Positions 62,084-64,000 of a DNA stretch of 64,000 nucleotides are shown one piece after another. This DNA is from a virus. Position numbers and translations under genes: made by a program. The first letter of the stretch is position 1. Each line of letters begins with the position of its first letter. The notes under the pieces were generated by a model. That model searched no databases. It had not been told where the DNA came from and saw only the letters and a list, made by a program, of their open reading frames with translations. The stretch lies in IMG/VR virus record IMGVR_UViG_3300045971_001064, positions 11,256 through 75,255 of that record. The stretch is one strand, 5' to 3'.

Positions 62084-64000
62084 GTGGCCGACAAGAAGTT
62101 CACAATCGCCCTTGAAGGCAAGGTCGCTCCCTCCGTCAAGGCCGTGCTGGCGACGATGGAGCAGGCCGAGCGTACGGGCGTCAAGATGTCCAAGGCCATG
62201 CAGACCGCCGCGGGCACGGGTGGCGGCAACGCTCTTCAGCAGGGGGCGGTGGCCAAGTCGCTGCTCACCCAGAAGAAGCTCTTCGACGACCTGAGCGTGA
62301 GCGGCACCAAGCTCGCCAAGGTCTTGAACGAGCAGGTCTCGCGGTCGCAGCAGGCCCTCCAGAAGTCCTTGATGCTGAACGCGAGCAGCTTGGGTCCTCT
62401 CGTCAAGCAGTACGAGGCGGCTCAGGCCAAGGTCGAGCGCATGGCGTCTGAAGGAGCCAGCGGGAAGACCTTCGACCTCTTCAAGCGCCACGCGCAGGGA
62501 CTCGGGACTCAGGTCACCCAGAACCTCGCCGAGCGGCAGCAGTTGCAGGCGGCAGCCGACACGATGTACGGCGACGGCACCCCGGGCAGCGGCGCCGGGG
62601 GTCCGGGCGGAGGCAGCGGTGGGTTCGGCATGGGCATCACGGGTCGACTGGCTGGCATGGCTGTCGGTCGGGCCGGGGTGCCGTTCGGCGGCGCCATGAT
62701 GGCTGCTGGTGGAGCCATGTCGGTGGTCGCCATCGCTGCGGCTGCGGCCATCGTGGCCGGGAAAATCATCATCGCCAACTCGCAGGGGCTCATCGCCTCG
62801 AACGCTCTGGCTGGCTCCCAGATGTCGCAGCAGTTCGCGAGCCAGCGTGACGCCACGAACCTCTACGGCCGAGCCGCGCTGTCCGCGGACCCCAGCCTCA
62901 GCCGCGACCTCAAGCAGAACACCACTCCCGGCTTCCTCAGGGCTCTGCCGGGCAACGTCTTGGACTCGTTCACCGCCTTGGCTGACATCGGCGGCGCGGG
63001 CTACACAGCCTCCTTCCGCGCGAAGGCAGCGAACCGCGAGCGCGAGCGCATCACGGAGCGCGTCGGCGAACTCGGTGCCGCGAAGGGCCCTCAGGGCGAC
63101 GTCGCCAAGGCTCGCGTGGCTGAGGCGACTCGCATCCTCGGCCTCGACCGCCGCTACGGCCTCGGCACGTACGAAGCTGGCTCTGCGATGGAGTCCAAGT
63201 ACGTGCTCGACCGCGGGTCGCATCAGGCGGCGCTGGGTGCTCTTGCACCGAACGTCGGCGCGAGGAGCGCCAAGTACTACGCCAACGCGGTGCTCGGCGC
63301 GCAGGTCGCGGGCATGGACCAAGGCGCGGCGGCAAGCATCATCGGCCGGACCGCGGTCGGCGGTGGCAACGTGCTGGGCGTGTCGGCTGGCTTCGACCCC
63401 ACCATCCGCGCCCTGATGGGTGAGTCCGTGGCCGGGACCATGGGCGCCAGCAGCATGATGTTCGAGGGCAAGGGCGTCGGGATGGCCCGGGCGCTGGCCG
63501 GTGGCGTCAACGCAGGCGGGGCCGAGGGCGTGCGTCAGGCTCAGCAGGTTGCGCAAGGCGCCTCGCTGTTCGGCGCTCGCATGGGCGGCAACGACCCGTA
63601 CCAGAAGTCGTTCAACATGGCGGCGGCGTCTGCGGCGTTGGGTGACGCCTCGCCCTACCAGAAGGACTTCTTGGCCACGCAGTTGCGCGACCCGTCCGTG
63701 GCCGCTGGCATCATCAAGGACGGGAAGCTGCCCGCCGACTTCCAGCGCATGGGCATCACGCTGGCCCAAGTGAAGACCTTCGCGGCTGCCACTGACCGCT
63801 CCTCGGTCGGCGCGCGGTGGATTGACACTGGCGGCAAGTCGGACGCCGAGAAGCAGATGCGCGCCTTCCAAGAGGCTGGCGGTGTGCGGTCGTGGATGGA
63901 AGGCAAGACGCGGTCGCAGCAGGAGGCCGCCATCAAGACGGCTGCGCCCCTGTACGCCGCCATCCATCGCGGCTCCACTGGCGGCGAGGTCGGCGCGGGC
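62084..64000 (+). CDS. Tape measure protein (5' part, runs off the window)
   Basis: GTG start, open to the window end; Ala/Gly/Gln-rich helical sequence (MADKKFTIALEG...); follows the sheath, tube and chaperones. Confidence 0.75.
   Translation, partial: MADKKFTIALEGKVAPSVKAVLATMEQAERTGVKMSKAMQTAAGTGGGNALQQGAVAKSLLTQKKLFDDLSVSGTKLAKVLNEQVSRSQQALQKSLMLNASSLGPLVKQYEAAQAKVERMASEGASGKTFDLFKRHAQGLGTQVTQNLAERQQLQAAADTMYGDGTPGSGAGGPGGGSGGFGMGITGRLAGMAVGRAGVPFGGAMMAAGGAMSVVAIAAAAAIVAGKIIIANSQGLIASNALAGSQMSQQFASQRDATNLYGRAALSADPSLSRDLKQNTTPGFLRALPGNVLDSFTALADIGGAGYTASFRAKAANRERERITERVGELGAAKGPQGDVAKARVAEATRILGLDRRYGLGTYEAGSAMESKYVLDRGSHQAALGALAPNVGARSAKYYANAVLGAQVAGMDQGAAASIIGRTAVGGGNVLGVSAGFDPTIRALMGESVAGTMGASSMMFEGKGVGMARALAGGVNAGGAEGVRQAQQVAQGASLFGARMGGNDPYQKSFNMAAASAALGDASPYQKDFLATQLRDPSVAAGIIKDGKLPADFQRMGITLAQVKTFAAATDRSSVGARWIDTGGKSDAEKQMRAFQEAGGVRSWMEGKTRSQQEAAIKTAAPLYAAIHRGSTGGEVGAG

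Noticed and set aside
45886-63967. - strand ORFs 45886..48384, 48198..50300 and 62024..63967
   Set aside because: Antisense shadows of the sheath, the 49134 protein and the tape measure.
1-64000. Stop-codon reassignment as in some jumbo phages
   Set aside because: TAG, TGA and TAA all end well-formed genes, and long genes are uninterrupted under code 11.
1-64000. tRNA, rRNA, reverse transcriptase/DGR or retron elements
   Set aside because: I recognised no cloverleaf/T-loop signatures, RT motifs or template/variable repeat pairs by eye. A tRNAscan/Infernal run would be the proper check.

Overview
This 64-kb window is a high-GC segment of a large contractile-tailed (myovirus-like, probably jumbo) phage genome. 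The morphogenesis genes (neck/head completion, tail terminator, sheath, tube, tail chaperones, start of the tape measure, holin-like genes) lie on the + strand. They are broken into islands by blocks of short - strand accessory genes, which include a sigma factor, DNA ligase, RNA ligase, HD hydrolase, nucleotidyltransferase, NDT-fold proteins and peptidases. Three promoter classes can be read directly from the DNA: 12 TTGAC[A/T]-N17-TAnnn[T/C] promoters with ATG at the predicted +1 (leaderless), about 10 CGTGCTA extended -10 promoters, and a [T/C]AATCT motif heading almost every + strand island. The best candidate for an undescribed system is a family of six + strand genes, including 2671-aa and ~2260-aa polyproteins. 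Their enzyme-like domains (ParB, papain-like, up to six ART-fold, GNAT-like, radical SAM, two kinases, Nudix, two zincins, SAM-lyase-like, degenerate mCpol-like) are separated by a recurring hydrophobic-x-K-[S/A]-E-type motif. I infer protease-processed, head-packaged effector cargo, an expanded version of T4 Alt. A second notable item is a - strand, leaderless partial paralog of the tail tube protein, a possible immune decoy. All domain calls come from motif recognition by eye and need HMM or structure confirmation. I saw no tRNA, rRNA or CRISPR array.
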